This document shows, piece after piece, positions 48,933 through 57,527 of a stretch of DNA of 64,000 nucleotides. The first letter of the stretch is position 1. Each line of letters opens with the position of its first letter. The stretch is from an uncultured virus (IMG/VR IMGVR_UViG_3300042342_001499) (Duplodnaviria > Heunggongvirae > Uroviricota > Caudoviricetes). The position numbers and the translations under genes are program-made. The DNA lies in the IMG/VR virus record IMGVR_UViG_3300042342_001499, one strand, 5' to 3'. The notes under the pieces are model-generated. The model searched no databases and was not told the DNA's origin. It saw only the letters and a list, made by a program, of their open reading frames with translations.

Positions 48933-49177
48933 TTGATTTATTTATGTCTCAAATATAATAACACATTACTAATTAAAAAAATGATTTCCAGAATTTTCCA
49001 AAAAATCAACCTATAGGTTTAGTTAGGTTTAGTTTTCTGAGGTTCCCCAGTGATTAATGCTGATGCATCATGATCTATTTCCGGAGGTTCCCCAGTGAAT
49101 TCTGCGGATGCTGCGTGGCAAAACCAGAGGCCACAAAAAAAGGAGACCGAAGTCTCCTTGATTTTGGATATTAGACG

Positions 49178-50671
49178 TTATTGAAATTCTGCTCGAACAA
49201 CTTGATTGATAATTGACGATACCTCTTTCGGTAAAAGCTTCAAATCGTTAACCACTTTCGAATACGTGTAAAGCTCTTTGACGTGGTCTGCTTGAATACC
49301 AATTCCGACCGTGACAAATTCGTCTCTTCTTGCTCGTTCAAGGATTCGTTTAAGTTCTTCGTTATGCTCTTGACCTCCATAATTGTTTCCTGAAGGTTCA
49401 CCGTCGGATAGAGAGATGAAGATTATTCTGTCGTCATTAGTCTCTCGTACCTTCTTGTGAATAGCTTCGATAACTGGTCCGTCGTAATTCTGACACCAAT
49501 GTACGTTATGGTAAAATTTGATATTCTTTTCGTAATCGGTGTCGTACGGAGAATAGAAAGTGAAAATCTCAGGAGTGTAATCTCCGCTATGTCCGTAGAT
49601 GTATAATTTATCCGGAGGTAGAATTTGACTCATTGCGAGATAAAGCGTATTCATAATATGACGTTGAGACTGAACACGATTTCCGTGTCCCATGCTACCT
49701 GACATATCGGCTAATATACATACGGAGAAAGGCTTCGTATCTTGTTCCTCTACCCTCTGTTTGTATATCGATAGATTTCCTGCAGGGACCTCGGCTATTT
49801 TAGATGTGTCAAGTTTTCCGAGTTTAAGGTTCTTAACCTCATCGCTCTTAGGATCGAAATTGATATCCAATAGTTTGATTAAAAGTTCCGAATCTCTCTT
49901 CTCCTCCGCGTTGAATTGATAGCTAGCTCCTGAGTCTTTTTTATCGAAGGCAGTGAATTTAGGCTTTTCGGAGAATGCAGTTAAACTTCTCTCGGCTACA
50001 CTCCATGGCTTACTCTCGTTAATCTCCCCCATTAAACCTTGTATCGACTTACCGCTTTTTCCTTTAGGAGCTTCTTTACCTTCGGCCGGACTTCCACTTT
50101 CGCTTTCTTTCTCGTCTTCGCCATCACCTTCACCATCTCCTTGACCTTCACCATCACCTTCGCCTTCTTCTTCTTTCTCTCCCTGTGGTTGACCTTCGCC
50201 TTCTCCCTCACCTTCTTTCTTTCCTTTGCCTTCCTCTGGCTTAGGTTCTTGAATTTCCATTTCGATTGTACTTGATAAGATCGAATCCTTATAGTGTTCG
50301 AACATAGGCGCCATCTCAGGATAGGATGAGCAAATCGTACTTAAGATAGCTAGGTTATTCAAAGACACTACCGAATACTTCTTAACGGTCGTTCCGAAGA
50401 AAGAAGGTCTTTCGATAACCTTTGAAGTGAATTTGTCAATTAGACCTTTCTCTTTCGCCTTAAGAATGTAAAGCTTAATAAGCTTCTCCGCTTGCCATGT
50501 TCCTAATTCCCTAGCTGCTTCTCCGCTTGCTTTAATATCCAAATCGAAGTCGATTTTAATATACGGATAATCATTAAGAACTCGAGTAAATCCACCGAAG
50601 TGAGAATTTTCCCATCCTGAAGTTGATTTGTAACCTCCGCCCCAGCCACCCCATTGTTTGTATCCTGCCAT
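49178..50671 (-). CDS. VWA-domain protein (CobT/NorD-like partner of MoxR ATPase)
   Basis: Acidic G/E linker, GKLD, MIDAS DMSGSM, SDGEP, VGIGI. Confidence 0.85.
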   Translation of the reverse strand: MAGYKQWGGWGGGYKSTSGWENSHFGGFTRVLNDYPYIKIDFDLDIKASGEAARELGTWQAEKLIKLYILKAKEKGLIDKFTSKVIERPSFFGTTVKKYSVVSLNNLAILSTICSSYPEMAPMFEHYKDSILSSTIEMEIQEPKPEEGKGKKEGEGEGEGQPQGEKEEEGEGDGEGQGDGEGDGEDEKESESGSPAEGKEAPKGKSGKSIQGLMGEINESKPWSVAERSLTAFSEKPKFTAFDKKDSGASYQFNAEEKRDSELLIKLLDINFDPKSDEVKNLKLGKLDTSKIAEVPAGNLSIYKQRVEEQDTKPFSVCILADMSGSMGHGNRVQSQRHIMNTLYLAMSQILPPDKLYIYGHSGDYTPEIFTFYSPYDTDYEKNIKFYHNVHWCQNYDGPVIEAIHKKVRETNDDRIIFISLSDGEPSGNNYGGQEHNEELKRILERARRDEFVTVGIGIQADHVKELYTYSKVVNDLKLLPKEVSSIINQVVRAEFQ

Positions 50672-50778
50672 ATCTCTTTTGTTTAATTGGTTAAGACAAA
50701 TATATAGATTTTTCTACAATATAAAAAATGATTTCAAAAAAAGGACTGACGAATTTAATCGCCAGTCCAGTTGAGTTA

Positions 50779-51819
50779 CTACTTAGCAGATTCGTCTAAG
50801 ATAGATTTGATACTTTTAAGACCTTCTTGACTTCCGAGACCTTTGCAGAGTACGACGAAACCGTCATAGATTGTAAAGCCGTTAGAAACCAATTTCGTAA
50901 TTGTCTTAAGGTGACGAAGAGAAAGGTTGAACGAGATTTTGAACTCGTCATGCTCCTTATTGATTTGATTGAAGACGGAAACCAATTTTTTGATTTTATC
51001 TGCGGCCACTGTCGGAAACTCAGATTTTAGAGTTGACTCGATATCTTTTGTGTTAATCGAATCAACCTCAATTAGCATGAATCGGTCAAGTAATGCACGG
51101 TCTAACTTGTGCGTTCCTGTGTATTGACTACCCATGTTAGCCGTCGAGAAGAACACGCAGTTAGGGTGTATTTTTACTGGTGTCGTATCGTGGAACGAAT
51201 ACTCCATCGGTAATTCTCTTCGGAAGTCGAGACAAGGAAATAACAGGTTGTTTGCCATCGCTCCAGCTCTGGAGATTTCGTCTAAGAGTACGATACCAGG
51301 TTTTTGAATAACCTCGGAGAAACGAGAACGTTTGAATTCCGATTTTGTTACTCCGTCTTCCACTGAGATAACGTGATTTCCCACAAGACCCATTATGGGA
51401 TCGGTCATTGTACCCATGTCGAAGATAGTCAGTGGCAGGTCGAACACTTTTGCAAGATTCGCAACAACTTCTGTTTTGCCCGTTCCTGTTGCCCCGATAA
51501 GCATAGTACTAACTCCGAACTCGATATTGTGTTTAGCAATCTCAAATGTGCCCGCTTCCATTTTGAAGTACCCATTCAATGTGACCGTGGTACCAGCCAG
51601 TACAGCCAACTTAGGATCCGCTTTCAAACGAGGTGTATCGTTTATCGCCTCCACAGCTTCCGATAGTATCGTTTTTCTTCTCCTAAGAGATTCGGAGATC
51701 TTTGCCTTAGCTTCATCGCTCATAGGCTTTCTTACCTTCGGGCTAGCTTCTGATGCCGCTGCCAAATCTAGGATTTCTAACGTTTCCGTTTTTACTTCTG
51801 CTTTTTTTGTTCTTGCCAT
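50779..51819 (-). CDS. MoxR/CbbQ/CobS-like AAA+ ATPase with N-terminal NUMOD3-like motif
   Basis: GATGTGKT, LLDEISRA, TAN, LDRALLDRF, SLR; RKPMSDEAKAKISESLR. Confidence 0.88.
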   Translation of the reverse strand: MARTKKAEVKTETLEILDLAAASEASPKVRKPMSDEAKAKISESLRRRKTILSEAVEAINDTPRLKADPKLAVLAGTTVTLNGYFKMEAGTFEIAKHNIEFGVSTMLIGATGTGKTEVVANLAKVFDLPLTIFDMGTMTDPIMGLVGNHVISVEDGVTKSEFKRSRFSEVIQKPGIVLLDEISRAGAMANNLLFPCLDFRRELPMEYSFHDTTPVKIHPNCVFFSTANMGSQYTGTHKLDRALLDRFMLIEVDSINTKDIESTLKSEFPTVAADKIKKLVSVFNQINKEHDEFKISFNLSLRHLKTITKLVSNGFTIYDGFVVLCKGLGSQEGLKSIKSILDESAK

Positions 51820-51907
51820 TTTTATATAGTTTTAATTGGTTTACTTAGCTAATGTAGAATAATCTACTTGATAAAAAAAATGATTTTGGGATTCTTTTGG
51901 ACTTTTT

Positions 51908-52246
51908 TTATTCTTTAATTTCACTGTCCGAAGTGTAGAAGTTACGTTTACCCCGACGCACTCTGTAGATCACACGACCACCTCGATTTGTGATTTGTTC
52001 GAAGCTTAACTGTGTGCCTGCTTTGGCGCAAGACGAATTGACAGCTTCTAATCGACGGTTCCAAAATAACCTAACAGGGAATCCGAATTTCTTCGTAAAC
52101 GTTGCTACTACTACCTCAGGATCAGTACGAGATCCTCCAACTGGCTCTAGTGCTACAATAGCTCCAGCAGCTTTCTTTCTTTCGCGGTAGGCCTTGTCAT
52201 AAGCTGCCTTCTTCGCTTTTTGTTCATCTGACAATTGTTTTTTCAT
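51908..52246 (-). CDS. Basic early protein, paralog family A (copy 3)
   Basis: SDEQKAKKAAYDKAYRERKKA ... VRLF.N..LE..NS..A..G..LSF..I.N....IYRVR.G.R.FYTS. Confidence 0.65.
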   Translation of the reverse strand: MKKQLSDEQKAKKAAYDKAYRERKKAAGAIVALEPVGGSRTDPEVVVATFTKKFGFPVRLFWNRRLEAVNSSCAKAGTQLSFEQITNRGGRVIYRVRRGKRNFYTSDSEIKE

Positions 52247-52318
52247 TTTTATTTGTTTAATTGATTTACTTAGCTAAAGTAGAAATTTCTACTGAGATAA
52301 AAAAATGATTTTGAGAAT

Positions 52319-52624
52319 TTAATAGAAAAATCTTTTGATCGTGGTGTCACTATAACCTTGAAACTTCCAGTCAAGAGAGATACGTTCACAACCTACACTC
52401 TCGCAAAAGAACGTAAATAGAATGTTCCCGTTATCCTTAGGGTTAAGAAAGAAGATCACATCGACATCGCCAGTCTTTTCTTTAAATGCCTCTCCAGCAT
52501 ATTCGATCTCGCATGAGAAACTCTTATTGACGAATTGTTCAAATGCTTCTATAGAAGCTATCGGACCTGCTTTAGGCCAGATAAACATTTGTCTCCGAGT
52601 TGCCCATGGGTGTTTTCCTTTCAT
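52319..52624 (-). CDS. Hypothetical protein
   Basis: Promoter and leader. Confidence 0.55.
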   Translation of the reverse strand: MKGKHPWATRRQMFIWPKAGPIASIEAFEQFVNKSFSCEIEYAGEAFKEKTGDVDVIFFLNPKDNGNILFTFFCESVGCERISLDWKFQGYSDTTIKRFFY

Positions 52625-52829
52625 ATAGAGTTAATTGGTTAAGACAAATATATGGATTTTTCTACATTATAAAAAATGATTTCCAAAAAAATCTAGTCCG
52701 CATTTTTCACCGCAGTGCGCCTGAGGAGCCCCAGGGAATTTAGGATGGCCTAAAAAGTTTGTGGCAAAAGAAAGGGCCCAGATTTCTCTGAGCCCCGCGT
52801 TTAAACCAACTAAACACTAAACGTCTTTC

Positions 52830-53306
52830 TTACTCTTGCGAACTACATCCATAAACATCAGCAACTGATTCAAACTTATCTCCATCAACAACTTTCCATT
52901 CATTATTCAGGGTGAACACATATCCGTATTGTTCATAATCAGATTGTTGGTATTCTCCAATAGAGGCGTCAATTCTAGCTTCTTGTAGATCTTCGCCTCT
53001 GTCCCTATGATAAGCAACGGTCACGTCTTTTTGTGGTTCATCAAAAGTGTGTACAGATTTAGGTAACACTTTAAATTCTTTTAACATCCTAACTCCAATA
53101 AGGTGTTCCATAGGTTCAGAAGGTGCAATATTCTTACATAAAGAGCTGATTGCTCCTAAAGCGATTAGCTCTTTCACCTTCTCACGGTCTGAGTAATACT
53201 CAACTAACATTCTTCCGTTTCCTGTTGGATATCCGTCCCAGTGACAATAAATCGAAGAGACTGTGCCATCTTCGTTTTCTATTCCTATCCTAGATCTTGT
53301 TGCCAT
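52830..53306 (-). CDS. Conserved hypothetical phage protein
   Basis: MATRSRIG...IYCHWDGYP...G..L, YHRDRGE. Confidence 0.7.
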   Translation of the reverse strand: MATRSRIGIENEDGTVSSIYCHWDGYPTGNGRMLVEYYSDREKVKELIALGAISSLCKNIAPSEPMEHLIGVRMLKEFKVLPKSVHTFDEPQKDVTVAYHRDRGEDLQEARIDASIGEYQQSDYEQYGYVFTLNNEWKVVDGDKFESVADVYGCSSQE

Positions 53307-53311
53307 ATCAG

Positions 53312-53458
53312 TTAATTATTAATTTCGATTGTAATTGTAAAGCCTGAACCGAATGCCATTCTATACTCTGCTGCTAAATATTCTGCAGAACTAAGGGAGT
53401 CAGCGGTATCTATTACTTCCCTTCCGTAACGCGATATTGATATGATTTTGTATTTCAT
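53312..53458 (-). CDS. 48-aa hypothetical protein
   Basis: MKYKIISISRYGREVIDTA...EYRMAFG; first behind a promoter; read by hand. Confidence 0.55.
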   Translation of the reverse strand: MKYKIISISRYGREVIDTADSLSSAEYLAAEYRMAFGSGFTITIEINN

Positions 53459-53528
53459 TAGTGTGTTTTAATTGGTTAAGACAAATATAGAAAAATCTAT
53501 TTGATTAAAAAAATGATTCAAAGAAAAG

Positions 53529-53744
53529 TTACTCGCTTATTTTTTCAATCCATTCTCTATCAATGAAACTAACGGAACCATTCCCAAATTGAATTTGAAT
53601 ACTTTCATCTCTAACATCATCATCTAATATGTCTACATCAAATACTTCATCTTGTAATACTTTCTCCACTTCCATTATTTGTTCTCCATCTTCATCAAAC
53701 CCAAAACATTCAATAAATTGATCTTTTAAAAATTTAATTTTCAT
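53529..53744 (-). CDS. Small acidic protein
   Basis: Own promoter. Confidence 0.55.
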   Translation of the reverse strand: MKIKFLKDQFIECFGFDEDGEQIMEVEKVLQDEVFDVDILDDDVRDESIQIQFGNGSVSFIDREWIEKISE

Positions 53745-53802
53745 AATTTCTTTTTTTTGGTTAAGACAAATATAGAAAATTCTATTTAATTAAAAAAATG
53801 AT

Positions 53803-54027
53803 TTAATCAACCATGAACCAATTTTCTTCCAACAAAGATACCTCAGATTCATTAAACACATTATCAGAGTTGTCCACACAACAATCGACCTTACCAAAGT
53901 CAGTATCTTCAATTGCTAGATCAGCTTTTTTCATAAAGTCATCCAAAGTATCAAATTCGATAGTCTTTGTTATAGTGGGATATCCTTGGATTTTTCTACC
54001 ACTAATTTTAATATCTACTCGTCTCAT
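53803..54027 (-). CDS. Small acidic protein
   Basis: Stop abuts the next promoter. Confidence 0.55.
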   Translation of the reverse strand: MRRVDIKISGRKIQGYPTITKTIEFDTLDDFMKKADLAIEDTDFGKVDCCVDNSDNVFNESEVSLLEENWFMVD

Positions 54028-54063
54028 AATTTTTAGTTGTTAGTTAATTTTTAGTTGTTAGTT

Positions 54064-54366
54064 TTATTCCCACTCATCCCATTCGCTTTCTTCTTCCTCT
54101 TCTTCCTCTCCGTCATCAGCATCAAAAATGTTATTTACACCATCAATCTTTTCCTCAGTAAGCAATTGTGCTGTACACCATCTCTGTGCCCACACCGCAA
54201 TATACTCTTCCTTGTAATAATTAATTGCATCCTCTTCTGTCTCGTCATCCTCCTCACTTAAGTATTCATTAATTTCATCCTGAGTGATTTCAAAGCTCTC
54301 AACCAAAACACCTCCAGGTAAATACTCATTCGGTCCAGTAATAATTGCTTTATATTTTCTTTCCAT
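54064..54366 (-). CDS. Highly acidic protein
   Basis: Poly-Glu tail; own promoter. Confidence 0.6.
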   Translation of the reverse strand: MERKYKAIITGPNEYLPGGVLVESFEITQDEINEYLSEEDDETEEDAINYYKEEYIAVWAQRWCTAQLLTEEKIDGVNNIFDADDGEEEEEEESEWDEWE

Positions 54367-54390
54367 GTGAATTGGTTTACTTAGCTAATG

Positions 54391-54999
54391 TAGAAAATTC
54401 TATTTAATTAAAAAAATGATTTATTAAATAACACCAAATTATACTTATTTTTTAAGAGATTCTAAAGCTTTGATTAAAGAATCTAATTGATCATTATCCA
54501 AATTCTTAAATGGTTCTATTAGGGATTTAGCATCGAATAATAATTTGTTATATTTAGATTCATCAAATCCATAAATTTCAAAATCATCAATGGAAAGATC
54601 TTCTAATGGTGTTTCAACATTTTCTTCAAAATCTCCAAGATCTATTCCTAAAGATTCTAATTCATCAGGAGTTAATTCTAAAGTTGTTCTCAATTCCCAT
54701 TTATCAAATCCGCCATCCCCATCTATCCTTTCAAATTCTTTAAAATTTCCCCAAGAACTTCCCCAATTGCCTTCAAATGTTTTTAAGATAGATGTCATGA
54801 AATTGCGATTTGGAGCAATGAATGCCACGATGTCATTTCTAGTGTAATGACCCATCCCAGTTCTTGAAGATACATGATCATAAACATAAAGTGTTGGAAC
54901 TCCTTTTGATTTTTTCATTTTTTATATGTTTTAATTGGTTAGGACAAATATAGAAAATTCTATTTAATTAAAAAAATGATTTATTAAATAACACCAAAT
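54391..54999 (+). repeat. Identical 49-bp direct repeats (54391-54439, 54951-54999) flanking one gene
   Basis: TAGAAAATTCTATTTAATTAAAAAAATGATTTATTAAATAACACCAAAT twice. Confidence 0.92.
54445..54918 (-). CDS. Hypothetical protein
   Basis: Cassette between the 49-bp repeats. Confidence 0.6.
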   Translation of the reverse strand: MKKSKGVPTLYVYDHVSSRTGMGHYTRNDIVAFIAPNRNFMTSILKTFEGNWGSSWGNFKEFERIDGDGGFDKWELRTTLELTPDELESLGIDLGDFEENVETPLEDLSIDDFEIYGFDESKYNKLLFDAKSLIEPFKNLDNDQLDSLIKALESLKK

Positions 55000-55406
55000 C
55001 GGCCTAACATATTAGCTCCTTTGATAATTTTGGTATCTATGTGGGGTAGTAATAATGCCCAATCTTTTTTCGGTAATTCATTCTTTAAACTAGCTATTGC
55101 TATTTCGAGTTTTATTCCCTTTTTAATTTTTTCGAATATTAGCTCGGTTGCTTTAGGACTCACACAATTTGAGTAGTCTATTCTTATACCCATCTCATGT
55201 TTGTAAAAATCAGGTTTAGTCTTAGAGGGAGTAGGAATGATTCTTTTTCCTAATAAACTAGCCACCTTTGATATATGCCTGGTTGTGGTTCTTGAGAATT
55301 TACCTCTCTCATTAATAGAGTCGCCATCTATAGAAGCCACTTCGGTTTCATAACTAATGATCCGATCATCTACTACAAAAAGATTATTGCTCACTTTGAA
55401 AATCAT
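54984..55406 (-). CDS. Hypothetical protein with C-terminal GxxMxxRFG motif
   Basis: SYETEVA, SRTTTRH; ends IKGANMLGRFGVI. Confidence 0.6.
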   Translation of the reverse strand: MIFKVSNNLFVVDDRIISYETEVASIDGDSINERGKFSRTTTRHISKVASLLGKRIIPTPSKTKPDFYKHEMGIRIDYSNCVSPKATELIFEKIKKGIKLEIAIASLKNELPKKDWALLLPHIDTKIIKGANMLGRFGVI

Positions 55407-55408
55407 GA

Positions 55409-55576
55409 TTATTTGTTTTTAGTGTCTAACGCGCCTTGCTTATCAAGAAAATATGTTAATGATTTAGTAGCTTTATCCGCTTTATCAATGTCTTGGCTTT
55501 CAACTGCAGTCAGTAAAACCTGTGTGTGGTATTGGATCTTGTCCCAATATCCGTTAGGGTATTTTTCTGTTTTCAT
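55409..55576 (-). CDS. 55-aa hypothetical protein
   Basis: MKTEKYPNGYWDKIQYH...; fills the operon gap; read by hand. Confidence 0.5.
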   Translation of the reverse strand: MKTEKYPNGYWDKIQYHTQVLLTAVESQDIDKADKATKSLTYFLDKQGALDTKNK

Positions 55577-55580
55577 ATCT

Positions 55581-55802
55581 TTATTCTTTAGGTAACAAAT
55601 GACAGAAAGTTGCTCTTCCTGTGCGCTTAACTACATCACCATCAAATGAATTGTACTCCATCTCGGTGGCTTTCTTAAAAGGTAACTCTTGATCTAGGAA
55701 AGAATTAACAATCATCAACTCCTCATCTGATCCTCTATCAACCGCTATAACCCCTATAATCTTACCTCTTGCGTTTTCGATCTTTATGAAATTGATTTCC
55801 AT
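55581..55802 (-). CDS. Hypothetical protein
   Basis: Promoter and leader. Confidence 0.55.
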   Translation of the reverse strand: MEINFIKIENARGKIIGVIAVDRGSDEELMIVNSFLDQELPFKKATEMEYNSFDGDVVKRTGRATFCHLLPKE

Positions 55803-56004
55803 AATGCTCTGTTTAATTGGTTATATCAAATATATAGAATATTCCACAAAAATAAAAATGATTTCCAAGAAAGTTTTAAACTGAAGGTTTCTAGGATCCC
55901 TATGAATCCCTGGGGTTCCTCAGGAAGTTTACTGAAGTGCTGAAAAAAAGCCCAACAAAAAAGCCCGAGTATAAACTCAGGCTTTTTTTATATAGTGGAA
56001 GTTG

Positions 56005-56436
56005 CTATTGAATAGTCTCCTTCTCTTTGATTTCTGTGATATCTTCCATAATAGAACTAAGTGTGCGAGAGCTTTTTGCTCTAATTCTTTTTTCAACTTT
56101 AGCTATTCTTCCCTCAAGTACATTGTAAACACGTGTTTTTAATCTCATACGTATAGTGTCTCCGTAATGTAAATTGTACTGGAACTTACCATTAATAATC
56201 TGTAGGTCGTTACCATCAAGAATAATGTAAATGTCATTAACCTCTATATAGATTATGTCATTTAAGGGAGATAAGTGAATCTCAGCGTCTTTAAGAGACA
56301 ATGTTTTTTCAAATATACTAATCCCCATTTTTTGCTGATCTGATAAATCGGGGGTTTTTATTATCATCATTCCTAAATTATTACTTCTTCTTAATAATCT
56401 AAGCCATTGAACTCTGATGCCTCTCTTAATGTTCAT
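56005..56436 (-). CDS. Hypothetical protein
   Basis: 143-aa ORF before a terminator. Confidence 0.6.
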   Translation of the reverse strand: MNIKRGIRVQWLRLLRRSNNLGMMIIKTPDLSDQQKMGISIFEKTLSLKDAEIHLSPLNDIIYIEVNDIYIILDGNDLQIINGKFQYNLHYGDTIRMRLKTRVYNVLEGRIAKVEKRIRAKSSRTLSSIMEDITEIKEKETIQ

Positions 56437-56453
56437 ATATTTGTGTTTAGTGG

Positions 56454-56699
56454 TTACTTAATTATTTTAACCTTCTCTACCGACTCCGCAATCGCTCTCC
56501 ACTCCTTAAGATCCAAATCAAAATAGGGTGTTCCTAAGTGAGCCTTGTTACCTCCCTTTGGATGCCATTCTTCTGGTATTAAATCTAAACGTGTAGTACC
56601 ATATGCCGCTCTCTTTGAACCATCAACTTTTTCGAACTCAAATCTGACTTCTCCTTTAGCTAAACGTTTTTCTAAGACACTTCTTTTAATCTTTCCCAT
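56454..56699 (-). CDS. SH3/WYL-like beta-barrel protein (DUF2693-like), paralog of 44586-44834
   Basis: V.F.FEKVDGS.R.A.GT...HPKGG...YFDLD..EWR. Confidence 0.75.
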   Translation of the reverse strand: MGKIKRSVLEKRLAKGEVRFEFEKVDGSKRAAYGTTRLDLIPEEWHPKGGNKAHLGTPYFDLDLKEWRAIAESVEKVKIIK

Positions 56700-56775
56700 A
56701 TGATATTATAGTCGTTTTTACTGGTTTTGTTTCTTAATACAAATATATGTAGATTTTTCTAATTAAAAAAATGAT

Positions 56776-57462
56776 TTAATTAAAAAGTCCAAACCGACCT
56801 AACATACTAACTCCTGGTCGTATAGCCTCAGGAATATGAGGAGCAATCAATTTCCATTCTTCCTCACTCATTTCGTTTCTTAAACTCGCTGCTGCTGACA
56901 AAAAAGAATCACCCTCTTTCATTTTATCAAATATTGTCACTAATGTTTTCGCGGAGACTGGATTGACGTCACACCAGAACTTCCCTAAATGAACATTGAG
57001 TGTTGCTCCCTCAAGTGAGGCGAGACGATTTCTGTCACACCAGAAACCCCTGCCAACACTCTGTGGTGCTCCCACAAGTGAGATGAGCTGATTGTTGCTA
57101 CAAGAGAACTCACTACCAACCTTGAGTGGTGCTCCCACAAGTGAGGTGAGGCGATTGCCGTCACAATGGAAAAGCCCTTTAACCTTATGTGGTGCTCCCA
57201 CAAGTGAGGTGAGCTGATTGTTTGTACAAGAGAAACTCCCTCTAACCTTCTGTGGTGCTCCCACAAGTGAGGCGAGTGAATTGTTGTCACACAAGAAATC
57301 CCCCGTAACCTTTCCGAACTTAACACCTTTAAAATCTGAAAGTCCCTGAAATGAACAAATGAAATCCCCAAACACATCAACAAGTCCAGTCTGGAGGTTT
57401 AGAGTACATCCTTTAGCACATTTGTCGAGCCAATTGATTTGTTCTTGGGTTAGAGAGGTCAT
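56776..57462 (-). CDS. 22-residue leucine-rich-repeat-like protein (5 repeats)
   Basis: Close paralog of 45626-46186; ends GVSMLGRFGLF. Confidence 0.75.
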   Translation of the reverse strand: MTSLTQEQINWLDKCAKGCTLNLQTGLVDVFGDFICSFQGLSDFKGVKFGKVTGDFLCDNNSLASLVGAPQKVRGSFSCTNNQLTSLVGAPHKVKGLFHCDGNRLTSLVGAPLKVGSEFSCSNNQLISLVGAPQSVGRGFWCDRNRLASLEGATLNVHLGKFWCDVNPVSAKTLVTIFDKMKEGDSFLSAAASLRNEMSEEEWKLIAPHIPEAIRPGVSMLGRFGLFN

Positions 57463-57527
57463 TAGAGGGTTTTAATTGGTTAACTCAAATATAGAAAAAT
57501 CTACCCAATTAAAAAAATGATTCCTAA

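Noticed and set aside
45626..57462. Diversity-generating retroelement TR/VR pair
   Set aside because: Both copies are intact genes, the differences are not adenine-specific and there is no reverse transcriptase in the window.
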